The notes under the pieces are model-generated. The model was not told where the DNA came from, made no database searches, and worked only from the letters and a program-made list of their open reading frames with translations. 64,000 nt of DNA from Mustelus asterias (Eukaryota), in assembly GCF_964213995.1 (NCBI RefSeq), contig NC_135809.1:109430001-109494000 (forward strand), written 5' to 3'. A program made the translations under genes and the position numbers. This document shows, in pieces, positions 47,641 to 60,960 of this stretch; position 1 is the stretch's first letter, and the number at the start of each line of letters is the position of its first letter.

Positions 47641-48875
47641 TGAAAGTCTGAGACATAGTCATCTCGCGCCGCAGCTCTTCCCCTTCTGAAGCAGTGGCTG
47701 TCGTTCGGGAGCTCAGGCATCTGCACCTCCACCAATACCATTTCAGGTTGCTGATGGAGAGGAGGGCTGTGGCTGCCGGGGTGACCAGGATGGGAGACAT
47801 GCTAGGTGGTGGAGCAGTGGGCTGAATGGTACCCTACGAGCTTGCTGAGCATGCGGCGATGGACGTTCAGCTCGCGACCAATGCCATCCATGTCCTTAGA
47901 ACGATCGTGTTCGGACCCAACATCATACGTGGTCTTGAGGAAGTTAACTGTGCGGGGGATCCCATCTGAGCGTATCCCTACTCGAACAGAATTTCACATT
48001 GGCCCTCAGCCCAGACCCCCCTTTCTGGGTCGAATGCCCCACAGTTTGAGCCGCCTCGTGGAAATGCCCTCTGTGCCCTTTGCCACTGTATGGAGAGATT
48101 TCCTGTATGGGCTGCTGCTGCACACCTTCCACTGCCGTGTCCTTGCCCGTCGCCCAGATATGCCTTGGCGCGCCTTGTTGCCATCCGGCGCGGAGGTCCC
48201 CAGTGGAGGTCCCTCGATGGAGGGACCCTCCCACAATACATCGGGGACCTGGGGTGGAGGCTAGTGCACACAGCAGTACTATGCAACCCTAAACTGCACC
48301 AGTTCACAGGCTCCCAAGAAACCTGCCCTTTTTACGGCCTTGTGGAGACTGTGGACCATGTCCATGTTCACTGTTTTAAGCTGCACTCCCTTTTTTGTTA
48401 CCTGAAAATCCTTTTATCCATTTTCTGTTTGCGCTTCAGCCCCAGGCTCCTGATCAATGGACACCAGGTGTGGAGGAGGGGGGGAGGGCGGGTGGGTGGG
48501 GAAGGCAGAGGACCTCCTCATGAACCTGCTCCTGGGCCTGGCCAGACTCGCCATAAACAGGTCCAGACAGCAGGCGACTGACGGGGCCAAGCGACCCAAT
48601 TGTCTGCCCCTCTATCACGGCTACACTCGCAGTGGGGTATCTCCGGAGAGGGAGCATGCTAAGTCCATGGGCACCATTGAGGCCTTCCGTGCCCGCTGGG
48701 CTCCGCAGGGGCTGGGGTGTATTATTGAACCTTTTAATCTCGTTTTGATTTGATTTTTAAAGTTTCCTTTGCACTTTGGTTTATTTTGTTTGGGGCGGTT
48801 CTCCATCTTTTTAAGAGGCCGCCCCTTTTACTTTGTCCCTCCGTTTATTTGATTTAGTTTATTTGGTTGGCAAAA
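47641..48875 (+). mobile_element. Tx1-like L1-clade LINE 3' fragment
   Basis: GDLGWRLVHTAV..ETCPFYGLVETVDHVHVHC (zf-RVT-like) and LLMNLLLGLARLAINRSR motifs; T-rich 3' UTR; sits inside a MITE-like sequence (~47220-49172). Confidence 0.8.
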
Positions 48876-49865
48876 ACGATGCTTCCCTACCTTGGCACCT
48901 GGATTCCTGACACCTTTGCCTCCCATTCCCTGGATCTTGGCTCAGGAATCTTCTTGCACCACCTCTTCCTGCTATTTATGGAGGGACTGAAAGACTACCT
49001 GCCAATCTGATTGACTGGGAATTTCTCCAAGGCGAGACTTTCCCTTGAGTGAGTAGCTTTAATGTAACTTTTCTGACCCAACAATGGACGACAAAGTTCC
49101 CTTACCTTGAGTCTTGGGACTCTGAGCATGGGGTAAAAAAAAAGTTCTGGACTAGGTGTGAATTTTCCAGCCACTTGAAAGTTCAGCTAGTTGCCCTTGC
49201 AGAAGCGCTTGCTCATAGCTTTACCTCACTTCTCTCCTCGAGGTCAAAGTTCAGTGTTGACAGGAAAACATGCAGCATGGTGACATTTGTAAGCACGGTA
49301 GTTGCACTTGTTGGTTTATGATTTATGTATGCATCAACGTGCTGCAAATACAATCAGATCACCGGATTGAATGAAGGATGACTGAGCAACAGTAACAATG
49401 ACAATGGAAGAGGAGGAGGAGAGATGCTGGATGAGAAGAGATGTGCTGCCAATCACTCTGCATCACCTCTCATTGTTTGGTCTGGTCAACGAAGGGGGCA
49501 CCATTTACAAAGACTAACCTTGGTCTGCCTAGCCCCAGGACCTGGTGATTTGTACCTTGTGCATAACCCCCTCGCTCAGGCCCTGTGCAATGCCTCTGGT
49601 ATACACTGCGAGGGTGATGTCTGTGAGCCGTGGTGCTGGGAGAGACAGTGTCAAGAAATGCACAAGATTATGAGTTTTAGTTTAGGTAGACAAAGAACAG
49701 CAGCTTACATTAGCTGCTGATATAAGGACCAGGAAGACACAGATTTACAGCTTTCTCAATTGCAAAGATGTGAAGAAGGACTTTATTATGTAACATGTGG
49801 TGAAGACTTATGAGTGTTGTGAAAGCAATTGCTATCAATGATTTCAAAGCGGAATTGGATAGACT

Positions 49866-50608
49866 TTAATAAGTGATACTTTTCAGAATCAGGATAGAAT
49901 TCTTATGGAGTTGATAAGCATTGGATAAGACCATCTTAGCCTTATGCAATGCTTATTATTATTATTTCCTTTCTCTCTGAGAAAACACAAAAACAGCCCT
50001 TAGAAATGCCATGTTCTCTTGGTTCAGGCTTCCATCTGACATTCCTAAATCGACAGGACTGCATCCTGTATGCTCTGATCTATACAAGTGTCTGGTAAGG
50101 GCTAACAGATGATCCTCAGCAGGAGGTAACCTAAAGGTGACATCCAGCTAAAGTGATGGACAAGAGGGGAGGTGACCACACTGGATACATCCTGGATACT
50201 TGTCCTGCATTTATTGATCAGAAGGGTTAGAACAAGAGATTGACATGGGGTAAACTACCAGTCCCTGGAAATGACATTATGTTCGGAGACAGGTGGCAGT
50301 CCTGGAAGATGGACCAGCGAAGATGGAGGAAGATGGGGAACAGCGAGGAAGACTCTGGTTTCTTAACACTTTGGCTGGAGAAAAGAATGCTGTCACCACA
50401 AGAAACAGAGATCAAGACACTCCGCACCATTTGTCTGTTCGTCTTCCACTCTTACTTGTCACTGCTTGTCACTGCTACGCCCGTCTATTTAGCCCATGTA
50501 TCATATCTAAACTGTTGTTCTTAATAAACTTAAATTATCTCATAATCCTTATGAATTCTCGGCCATCTATTTTGGGTAACCTATAACTTCTGAACCCTAA
50601 AACATACA
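49866..50608 (+). mobile_element. Probable solo LTR inserted into an old CR1 tail
   Basis: Interrupts CR1 3' sequence; GACT repeated at 49862-49865 and 50609-50612; AATAAA ~80 nt before the terminal CA. The 5' TG is not intact. Confidence 0.5.
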
Positions 50609-51294
50609 GACTCTGGAAAAATAAACTTGCAGGACTGACTGGGGATAAAGCAGTGTAATAGGACTGTCTGGATTGCTGTACAAAGAGCTGGCATGGATTC
50701 AATGGGCTGAATAGCCCATTGAATGTGCCAAAATTAATACATAACATCTCAAAGCGCTTGTGGATGTGCAATGAATGCCGGCTTTGCAATCAACACGAAC
50801 ATGTGAATGAATAAATGAGATCTTCCTGTCACATTCCCCAGATTGAATTGTTTTCTCAGTGTTCACAGTCACGCAAAGACATTCCATGATATGATCATTT
50901 TCTTCTAAACTGCATGTAGAGCAAAGGGCACCACAATTACTTGGCAGCGGTTCCATACACGGGCATAATGCCAATCCCTGCTTGGATTTCATCCTTCAAA
51001 TCAAGAGGGTTCCAGATGTGTTTTCTTTTTGTATTTTTTTTAATGTTCAGCCCAATTGTATCAGAAACCTGTTAAAACAAATTCACCCAAATAGAAGGAA
51101 GAGGGTAGATTGTCTTTCCTAAATAATCACTTTTCCTCACGCGACTGTGCACTATTATCCGGAGGCAGGTTTAAATCCATTGTTTTCCAGTAAGATATTG
51201 TGATGCTTTGATCCTGGTCTCCTTTTTTTTTGTGACAGAAGTCCTGATCTGATTTCCCTTTCCAGAGACTGCCTCTCCCAGGTCACAGGCATCT

Positions 51295-51607
51295 AAGTTT
51301 AAAGTATTTTTTTAAGTTTATTTATTAGTCACAAGTAGGCTTACGTTAAACTGCAATGAAGTCACTGCGAAAATCCTCCAGTCGCCACACTCCGGTGCCT
51401 GCTTGGGTACACGGAGGGAGAATTTAGCATGGCCAATACACGTAACCAACACATCTTTCAGACTGTGGGCAGAAACCAGAGCACCCGGAGGAAACCCACG
51501 CAGACACGGGAAGAACGTGCAGAATCCGCACAGACAGTGACCGAAGCCAGGAGTCGAATCTGGCGCTGTGAGGCAGCAATGCTAACCACTGTGCCACCGT
51601 GCTGCCC
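51295..51607 (-). mobile_element. HE1/V-type SINE (type-2 tail)
   Basis: Full length on the minus strand. Confidence 0.9.
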
Positions 51608-51822
51608 CATTGATTCTTCCTGGCATTTTCTAGGACCATCCAATTACACTCTGTCAGTGCTTTCTGTTGTCATCAGTGTAAGCACCAGCTAGACTGATAT
51701 GTCCCCAGTCTAGAGAACTATAACCATCTGCCAGAATAAAGAGGCAACATTGCAGTGAAGGTTCACTCTTTTCACATGTGAGTAGAGAAAACAGCCAGGA
51801 AGAAACAGCCACCGAGCACATT

Positions 51823-52079
51823 TAGACCATAAGACTACAAGATATAGGAGCAGAATTAGGCCATTTAGCCCATCAAGTCTGCTCCACCATTCAATCATAG
51901 CTGATATGTTTCTCACCCCCATTCTCCTGCCTTTCCCCCCACCCTCTCACCAATCAAGAACATGTCTATCTCTGTCTTAAATATCCTCAATGACCTGGCC
52001 TCCACAGCCTTTTGTGTCAATGAATTCAATAGATTCACCACTCTCTGGCTAAAGAAATTCCTTCCCATCTCCGTTCTAA
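51823..52079 (-). mobile_element. CR1 3' fragment
   Basis: RNFFSQRVVNLLNSL motif and tail. Confidence 0.85.
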
Positions 52080-52119
52080 TATTATTAATATTCTCAAACT
52101 TGGAAGTAGTAAGGGGAAC

Positions 52120-53260
52120 AATGGATGGGCAAGTCATGACAAGTTGGTCAGGTGGAATGCTCCTCCTGTGCTATGTGGGAAGTCAGGGACACTTCCAGTG
52201 TCCAGGATGAACATGTGTGCAGGAAGAGTATCCACCTGCAGCTATTGGAAATCCATGGAGCTATAGAGACAGCTGGAGTCACTCTGGAGCATCCGTTGAG
52301 GCTGTGATTTTCATGGATAGCCTGTTCAGAGAGGTGGTCGCACTCCAGGTTAAGTCTGCAAAGATAGAAAGGGAATGAGTGACTGCCAGACAGAGTACAG
52401 GTAGTGCAGGAGTCCCCTGTCAAATAGATATGCTGCTTTGGATACAGTTGGAGGTAATGACTTTTCAGGGGAAATGCAATGAAAGCCAAGCCCGTGACAT
52501 GACGGGTGGCTCAACGGCACAGACAGGGAGGAAAAAGTAGCTTATAGTGAAAGGTGATTCAATTGTAAGGGGAACAGAGAGGTATTTCTGTGGATGGTAT
52601 GTTGCCTCCCTGGTGCTAGGATCCAGGATGTCACAGAGCAGCTGCAGAATGGAGGGGGTGGGCAAAGAGCCAGCAGTCATGGTACACATTAGTACTAATG
52701 ACATAGGATAAAAAAAGGGATAAGGTCTTGAAAGCTGAATACGGAATTTGGGTGATTAGTTAAGAAGCAGGACCTCCAACATAGTTGTTATGTACTAAAG
52801 CAGTCAGCTCACTTTAACAGCAAAGATAAAAGAATGAAAAGGTTGTCACACAGTGGGCTACTTAACCAGTTTGTGGAGCTTTATTAAATAGGTGTTCTTT
52901 GTTTGCAGTCCTTGATGGAAGAGTGGGAAAATCTCCCAAATGCCTCTGATGATGTCACCATGTAATCATGTGACACACTACGCAGGGATTCATTGGTTAC
53001 AATATGTAACAGTGGTAATGTGAGGATTACTCCCAGTTGCCATGCAGAGCAGAAGTTGGAGGATAGGTAGGATGGCTGAGTGGCTAGAAGGGTGGTGTAG
53101 AAGGATGGGTTTCACATCCCTGAGCCATTGGGACACGATCTGGGGAAGATGGGACGCGTACGAACTGGAAGGGTTACACTCCAACAGAACCTGAGCCAAC
53201 ATCTTTGCAGGGGTGTTTGCTAGTGCTGTTGAGGAGGCTTTAAACTAGTATGGCAGGGGA
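52120..53260 (+). mobile_element. Degenerate CR1 ORF1 (zinc finger plus SGNH esterase)
   Basis: CSSCAMWEV..HVCRK, GDSIVRGT, LPGARIQDV and VMVHISTNDI motifs. Confidence 0.75.
52786..53011 (-). mobile_element. Short solo-LTR-like insertion in CR1 ORF1
   Basis: Termini TGTTA...TAACA; degenerate 5-bp flanks ATAGT/GTGGT; AATAAA on the minus strand. Confidence 0.45.
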
Positions 53261-54647
53261 TGGGCAAGGGTTAGAGGAGATGGAAGCTGGGTTAGAAACA
53301 AAAGGCAGAAATAATGAAGGGAAAAGAGGAAAACATAGGAATAAAAGGGAAAAAAACACACATTGGCACTACTGTCCCATTCTGGCCAGTGAGCGTGGGG
53401 CACTAATCAGAGTCTCAGAGCTCTGAATTTGCTGATTGGCTCATTTGTATTCCTTGATCTTATCAGCAACCAATGCAGAGCAACATTGGACTCTGATTTG
53501 TGGAGACCCCTTAGAGCGGGAAAGCAGTGCGCAAGGTCGTTGAGAGATTGGCGACTTTGGGGGAGAGAGCAGCAGTAACGAGAACCTTTAACAATATTTT
53601 TTTAAAACAGCAGCAGCTCAGGTTTTGTAACCAGGGCTGAGAGGACCAGATAGCCAGGCAGGCAGCTGAACCAACAGCGAGGTCGTGAGCTTACCTTGGG
53701 GGGGATGTGAGCTTGCAAGGGCCAAACGAGGAGGGCAGGGGCTGTCCGGCAGCTGTTGGGGGGAGCAACAGGGCAACTCTCGACACCCACACCAGGGCTG
53801 AGGAGGGTGGGAGAGTATAAAAAAACAGCAAGCCAATTTCTGATCACGGCCAGGGGTCCAATGAGGCCAGAGCAGCCTGAGCCAGCAGTAATTTTGCCTC
53901 GTGTGTAAGGTCTAAGGAGGAAGCACTAGGGGTCATCAAGAGGAGCAGTGGGGTGACTCAACCGGGCCAGCAGGAAGGCTGAGGGGGCTGGTGGACAACA
54001 AACCGAAGGTGAGTTGAGGCGAGGAGGCCAGGCAGGCAGCAGGTGAGGCAGCTCGTGAGAGAGTGAGCCTGCACATTTCCCGAGGTCATCATTGCACACA
54101 GGTGAGGTGCGAGGGTCAAGGAGATGCCACTGGTTGTCGAGGGGAGCAGCGGGGTGACTTGACCAGCCCAGAGAAGGGCTGATGGGCAATGAACCGAGGG
54201 TAAAAGCGAGGAAAAGCGAGGAAAAGCCAGGACAGGCAGCAGGTGAGGCAGCCAGTGAGTAAGCCAGCATGTTTCCCGCGGTCATTGTTGAGCAAAGGCG
54301 AGGTGCAAGGACTGAGGAGGCAAAGGTGGTTGTCAAGGGGAGCAGCGGTTGACTCGACCTGGCCAGCAGGGCTGTGGTGGGCTGGGCAACGAGCTGGAAG
54401 TTAGGTGAGGAGACAACATATCAAGGCAGGCAGCCAGTGAGCCAGCAGAACAGCGAGGTCATTGAGTGAGCAGGGGCAACCTGAAATCCAGGCAGGCTAA
54501 GGAGGCCTGGCAACTGAGGGCAAGGCCGAGGCCATACCATAGCCAGACAATCAGCGAGCCTGGACAACTTGAGCCCCAGGGCCGAGGATGGCATAAGAAG
54601 CCCACTCTTTCAGAAAATTCAATTAAAATCAAGAAAGATCAGTCAAC

Positions 54648-57136
54648 ATGAAGCGACATTATCAACCTGGCAGGAAAAAGCACAGAATATTGAAGGCAAG
54701 ATAAGAGGCTGAAGCTCGGCAAAAAGGTAGTTTGTCATTTCACATTAGAAAGTTCAAAGTATTGAACAGAGCATAAACTGCACATTCATCCTCATCCACC
54801 AGAAGTATGGATGAATTAACTGATGACTTCAACTTGCTGATTTCTGGAGATACCACATCGCCTGAAAAAGTTGAACAAGAAGTTCAGGGACAAGAAGCAG
54901 CGGACATGAGCAGCCTGGGAATGGAGGGATACAAACGATTGGTCTAGTTGGACCAAGGAGTGGCACTGGCTTGGAGGGCCGAAGGGCCTGTTTCCTGTGC
55001 TGTACTGTTCTTTGTTCTTTGTTCTTTGACTCTGAAATGGGAATGGAACTATACGATGCTGCTGTAGCTCATTCTTCTGCAGCTGAAGTGAGGAAAGGAA
55101 CCTACCCTGAAGATATTGCCTCATAGCCAAAATCTGGCCCACTGGGTATGATTGAATAATTTGTAATAAATAGACCAGAGAACATAGCTAATTTGAAAAA
55201 AATGAGAAAAAAGTTTGATGTTGGAGTCCAAAAGCAGGTTAGAAGTCTTTGTGAGTCCATTTTCTGAAAGTGAAAAGAAATGGCATGCCAGAACGGAGAA
55301 ATTGGTTGATTTCTTTTTCAGAAACCTCTAAGGCAGTCTACCGTTATGTTTTGCAAATTATTTCATGACCCTAGTAAAGGGAAACAAGCATTCATCGACG
55401 TGCAGACTAACTGGAGAAATGTTGGTAGAGATCTTGCTGATCATGAAACTTCCAAAAGTCATATTAAGGCTGTGTTTGTTCGTTCAAATGGGTAAATCAT
55501 CAGGAACAATTGGTTTTGCGTTGTTAGCTCAGATTAAAAAGGAGTGTTCTCACTGGAGGAAAATGTTGAGATGTGTTGTTGCTGCAATCAAACTGTTGTC
55601 TTCCTTGGGATTTCCTTTAAGAGGACATGATGAGACCAATTTTTTAACATATAGAACCTAAAATGAATTTATCACTATAATGGCAGAGCGGCTCAGAAAT
55701 CAATTCACTACTGAAGTAAAAGATGCCAAACACTATTCCATAATAGATGATTCAACACCAGATGTGTGCCATATGGGCCAATTAACATTCATTTTAAGAT
55801 ATATCACCAGTGATGATGAAGTTGTAGACTGATTTCTCTGTTTTGTCCAGTGTTCCTGAGTATCTGGAGACAACGGCTTTGGAAATCACTGCAAATTTAG
55901 GTTTGGACATCAAAAATTGTTGTGGGCAGATCTTCGATAATGCTGCAAATATGGCAGAAAAGGAATCAGGTCTACAAGCAAGACTGAACAATGCAACAGT
56001 GCAGTATTCATCCCATATTACAGCCACTCCGTGAATTTAATCTGCAATGTCGCAACTGAATAGTGTGAGGCTGCCGTACATTTTTTTGACTTTGTTCAAG
56101 ACTTCAATGTCGTTTTTTTTTGGTTTCCACGCATTGGTGGAATATGCTGCAATCACGCTTGGAGCAGGCCCATGGAAAACATTTGATGGATAAAGAATTT
56201 GTGACACCAGGTGGTCTGCTTTTGCAGATGCTGTTTTGGCTTTGAAACTGAAGTTTGTCCATATAAAGGAATGTTTATCAGACATAGCCACATCAAATTC
56301 AGAGAAACCATCTGTGAAGACTGGAGCAAATCCTTAGCAGAGAAGTTTGCAAGGTACAACATTGCAGTTTTTACTGTTTTGTGGAACCGTTTACTTCAAA
56401 GAATCAGCATCCTCAGCAAATCGTTGCAAAATATTGATATACCTTTATTGAATGCTTTTGAAGTTTTGTCATGGAAGTTCAAAAGTGGAAGCAGAGACAT
56501 TAGCATTAACAAAGAATACAGGTCCCTCTCATGATAAGAAGCATACAAGATGCAGGAAGTTACGAAACTAGAGATAATTAAGTTACTTTAAAAGGGAAAG
56601 AGAAGATCATCGTTGAGACAGTTGATGTTATTTGTTCCATAATAATGGTGCTATTGCAGAGTGGAAGTGAATCTCTGAAGAAAACTCTGAATTATTTTCT
56701 GTGCTTTTTGACAGAAGTTTGGATGAGAATGCTAAGCGCCATTGCAATAAGAAATTAACTGAATTCTACTGGGAGGATAAAGATATAAATCTTTTTGAAA
56801 ATGAGGTGAAACAATTTGTTCATTTCATTGATAATGATGAGCTCTGTGCTTTGAGAGCACCAGCTGATTTGTACTGGCTTATACATGATGGTAATCTTTC
56901 CAAACGTGGAAACCATTGTGAAATTAGTTTTACCAACTCCTGTCACAAATGCTTCTGGTGAATGTTCTTTCCCTGTATTAAAAAAAGTGAAAAATTATCT
57001 GTGAAATGCAATGAGTCAGGGACATTTAACAAGTTCAGCAATACTGATGATTGAAAACGCATCCTTACAAGATTTTATCTATCATGATGTTATTGATGAT
57101 TTTGTGAAGAAAAAGTGCAGAAGAAAACCTACCTAA
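54648..57136 (+). pseudogene. Fossil hAT transposase (ZMYM1-like/DUF4371 type); element extends about 53400-58173
   Basis: Frameshifted motifs MKRHYQPG, LGFPLRGHDE, HYSIIDDSTPDV, CCGQIFDNAANM, ICDTRWS, PVTNASGECSF..LKKVKNYL and IDDFVKKK; many stops; CR1 tail inserted at ~54903-55028. Confidence 0.85.
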
Positions 57137-58174
57137 ATTGCCATGGATTTCAAACAACTGATGAAGCAAGAAAATATTAAAAATACGTCCCTCTTCCATA
57201 TTCTCTTGTTTAAGTTCTGTTTTTCAAACAGGACCACTATTTTCCCATCTGGGTATCATGGCTGTTACATGCAAACAGTTATAACCAATGAGTAAACACC
57301 CTCCCCCATCACTCTCAACACTGGCCTTCAGAAAGTCTCTTTTAGACAAAGAACAGAATCCTGCTAGGCAGTTGCCAGCAAAGCCATTGATATTGGACTT
57401 AGACTCATTGCACTTCACTTGGTTGGAGTATTTGGTCCTGAACCAGACTTTTCTGGCTCACTCTGTCCTGCACTGGTCTGTGCTGTGTCGCAATTATATA
57501 AATTGGCTGATTTCTCCATGTCGTTGCTCATTAGCCAGTTCCATGTTTGCTTGCCTCAAAACATATAGATTGAAATATCAACCATCTCTACCATCATGTT
57601 GACAGCAGGTTAGATTGGATTTTAATTGATCAATTACAGGCTTGTTTTCATAAGTTAAAAAGTACTAAAGCAGTTAAGCAGTGATTTGTCATCTGTGTAT
57701 TTTTTTGTTATTTTGGTGGCTTGCATCGTGGATTTGAATTTGAATTCATCAATTACAGGTTTGTTTTCATCAGCTACAAAGCACTGAAGCAGTGAGCAGT
57801 GGTTTGTGTACTTGTACTTTTTTGGGTTCCTGTGACTTGCATTGTGGACTTGAGTTTATCAGTTACAGGCTTGTTTTCATATGTTAAACAGCACTAAAGC
57901 AGTGATTTGTGTACTTTTCTGTATCTTTGTAGCTTGCATTGTGAGAGCTGAGGCTGGGCATGGTCAGGAGGCAATCATGTCATTTGGGGACAGGGCTTGA
58001 CATCATTTGGGGTGGGTTTGATGTCATTTGGGACGGGCCTTGACATCACTGGTGGGTGAGGATTGACATCACCGAGGGAAGGGCCATGTCACCAGAGGGA
58101 TGGGGCTTGACGTCATGGGGGGACCCAACATAGAGGCAGAGTGCGGAGCCCACAAAAGTGTAAGTCCGTCTCTG

Positions 58175-59020
58175 TTCCCCATGATCCTCTATCCATCCCA
58201 AACTAACCCCACTACCCTGCATGTTCTTCCTATAACCATACATCAACCCCAAACTAACCCCACTGCCCTGCACACTTTTCCCATAACTGTACATCAACCC
58301 CAAACTAACCCCACTGCCCTGCACACTTTTCCCATAACCGTACATCAATTCCAAACTAACCCCACTGCCCTGCATGTTCTTCCTATAACCATACATCAAC
58401 CCCAAACTAACCCCACTGCCCTGCACACTTTCCCCATAACCGTACATCAATTTCAAACTAACCCCACTGCCCTGCATGCTCTTCCTATAACCATACATCA
58501 ACCCCAAACTAACCTCACTGCCCTGCATGTTCTTCCTATAACCATACATCAACCCCAAACTAACCTCACTGCCCTGCATATTCTTCCTATAACCCTGCAT
58601 CAACCCCAAACTAAACCCACTGCCCTGCACACTTTCCCCATAATCCTATATCAATTCCAAACTAACCCCACTGCCCTGCATGCTCTCCCCAGAACTCTGT
58701 ATCAAGCCCAAACTAACCCCATTGCCCTGCATGTTCTTGCTATAACCCTGTATCAACCTCAAACTAACCCCACTGCCCTGCACACTTTCTCCATAAACGT
58801 ACATCAATTCCAAACGAACCCCACTGCCCTGCATGCTCTCCCCATAACTCTGTATCAACCCCAAACTAACCCCACTGCCTGTACACGTTCTCCATAACCC
58901 TATATCAATCCCAAAACAAACCCAGTGTCCTGCTCTCTTCCCATGTTGTTATATGAATCCCAAACTAATCTCAGTGCCCCATTCTCTTCCCATGATTCCA
59001 AGTTAATCCCACTGTCCCAA
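58175..59020. repeat. 51-bp minisatellite, about 16 copies
   Basis: AAACTAACCC recurs at 58200, 58251, 58302 and onward; unit CCAAACTAACCCCACTGCCCTGCA(TGTTCTTCCT/CACTTTTCCC)ATAACC(A/G)TACATCAA. Confidence 0.95.
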
Positions 59021-59934
59021 GCTCTCCGCATAGACCTTTTGTAAAGCCATGTTGAGTTTGCCTGGTCATTCTATGATTCCCTTAGTGCATGATTAAGATG
59101 TCCTAATGATAGCTCCCAGCACTTCTTTGATAACTGATGTCAGGCTAACCGGCCTGTTGCTCCCTGTTTTCTGCTTCCTCCTCTCTTTTGAAAACAGAGT
59201 GTTACACTTCTTTCCCAGGAAGGAGTTTTTTGAAAGTACAGTCAGAAACACGATAAAGCACTGGCTTTAAAAAACTGCTAAGCCTGTAAGCGATTGGGAT
59301 GCGTGGGAGGAAATTGGCATCTAAACCCTCGTGACAACAATAGCTTCCTGTTAGCTTTCTTTGAAATTACTGGAATCTACAACTATATTCCTTTTCCTGG
59401 GCCGTAGCCAATTGTAAAATACATTTTAAGTCAATCAAAACCTTTCACTGGGGCACATTATTAACCATCCCTTGTGACCAAAGCATGACAAAACCAGTCA
59501 AATTGTAAAGTTCAGACACCAACTGAGACATAGATTTTGGGGAAAAACAAAACTCTTCACATCTGGAAAGTTTCAGAATGATGAGAAAACTGCTTGCAGC
59601 TGGTTTTAAAATCCAGCCACGCAGGACAATTATAGGGAAACAGCTCGCAGTGGAGCTGAACCAGTTCATGAATTTCTCCAACTGTATTAAGTATTAGACT
59701 CTGTGGCAAAGCTTTTACAACTGATTATTCCTGCCAAGAATTCATTTTAATGGCCATCTGTTTAGCTCATCTGATAGTAACTCGTGGTTGGTGAGGATGG
59801 GAAGTGTTGTGTTGCGTAGCACCGCCTCTGTGCTAAATGGGACACGACATATCTAACAGTTCAAAACCGGACATCGGATTCAATTGTATTCAATTACAAT
59901 CGATGACTTCTATCCCTCTCTCTACTTGTACCAT

Positions 59935-60635
59935 CAAACCAGGTTCAACGTCAAGTGCAAGAACATATGCTGGAGGCAACACCAGACATACCTAAAAATT
60001 AGATGCCAAACTGGCAAAGCTACATCACTGGATTACATGTGTGTTAGACAGCTGAAACAGTATGCTAAAGGCAGAGCTAAGGACTCACACAACCAATTAA
60101 TCCGATCAAAGCACTTCAGTCCTGTCACATCCAATCGGGAATGCTGGTGGATAATTAAATCCCTCAGTGAAGAGGGAGCCCAGAACATTGGTGCAACTGA
60201 CAAGACTGAAGCATTTGCAACACTCTTCAGCCAGAGGAGCTATGTAGATAAGCTATCTCACTCTCCTTCTGAGGTCTCCAGCATCGCGGTGGCACAACGG
60301 TTAGCACCGCTGCTTCACAGCGCCAGGGACCCAGGTTCAATTCCCGTCTGGGGTCACTGTCTGTGTGGAGTTTGCACATTCTCCCTGTGTCTGTGTGAGT
60401 TTCCTCTGGGTGCTCCAGTTTCCTCCCACAGTCCAAAGATGTGCGCCGATTAGGTGGATTGGCTAGACTAAATTGCCTTTAGTGTAAGGGGAAGTAGCTA
60501 GGGTAAATGCATGGGATTATGGGGATAGGGCCTGGGTGGGATTGTGATTGGTGCAGACTCGATGGGCCGGATGGCCTTCTGCACTGATTCTATGGTCTAT
60601 GACAAGCGCCAGTCTTCAGTAAATTCGATCCATCC
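59935..60635 (+). mobile_element. Old LINE fragment interrupted by an HE1 SINE (60286-60601)
   Basis: ECWWIIK..DKTEAFATLFSQR LINE ORF2 motif; SINE head, V-domain and CR1-type tail. Confidence 0.75.
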
Positions 60636-60761
60636 ATGTTAAAAAAAAACAGGTTAGGGGACAGGGAGAAGTTAAAACGAAGTTTCCACTAAGGGAAGAA
60701 CACAAACAAAACATTTTTCGAGTATAGTGGTGTGCCATGACATATAAAAGTTTAGGAATTC

Positions 60762-60960
60762 CTGCTATGGGATACTATAATGATAGGGGGTATTATAAGG
60801 TACTGTAGTATTAGGGGTATTATAGGGTATTATATGCTGGGAGTATTATGGGATACTATAGTGCTTGGGGATATTATAGGGTACCATAGTGCTGGGGGGT
60901 ATTATGGGGTACTATAGTGATAGGGATATTATAGGGTTCTATTGTATTAGGGTAGTATAG
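60762..60960. repeat. Degenerate minisatellite (GGGGTATTATAGGGTACTATAGTG-like)
   Basis: About 7 diverged units. Confidence 0.7.

Noticed and set aside
49230-49720. Harbinger transposase remnant
   Set aside because: Only vague similarity; no motif could be confidently translated.
58046-58897. Repetitive protein ORFs or a CRISPR-like array
   Set aside because: Tandem 51-bp units with no unique spacers in a eukaryotic context; the open frames result from the unit length.
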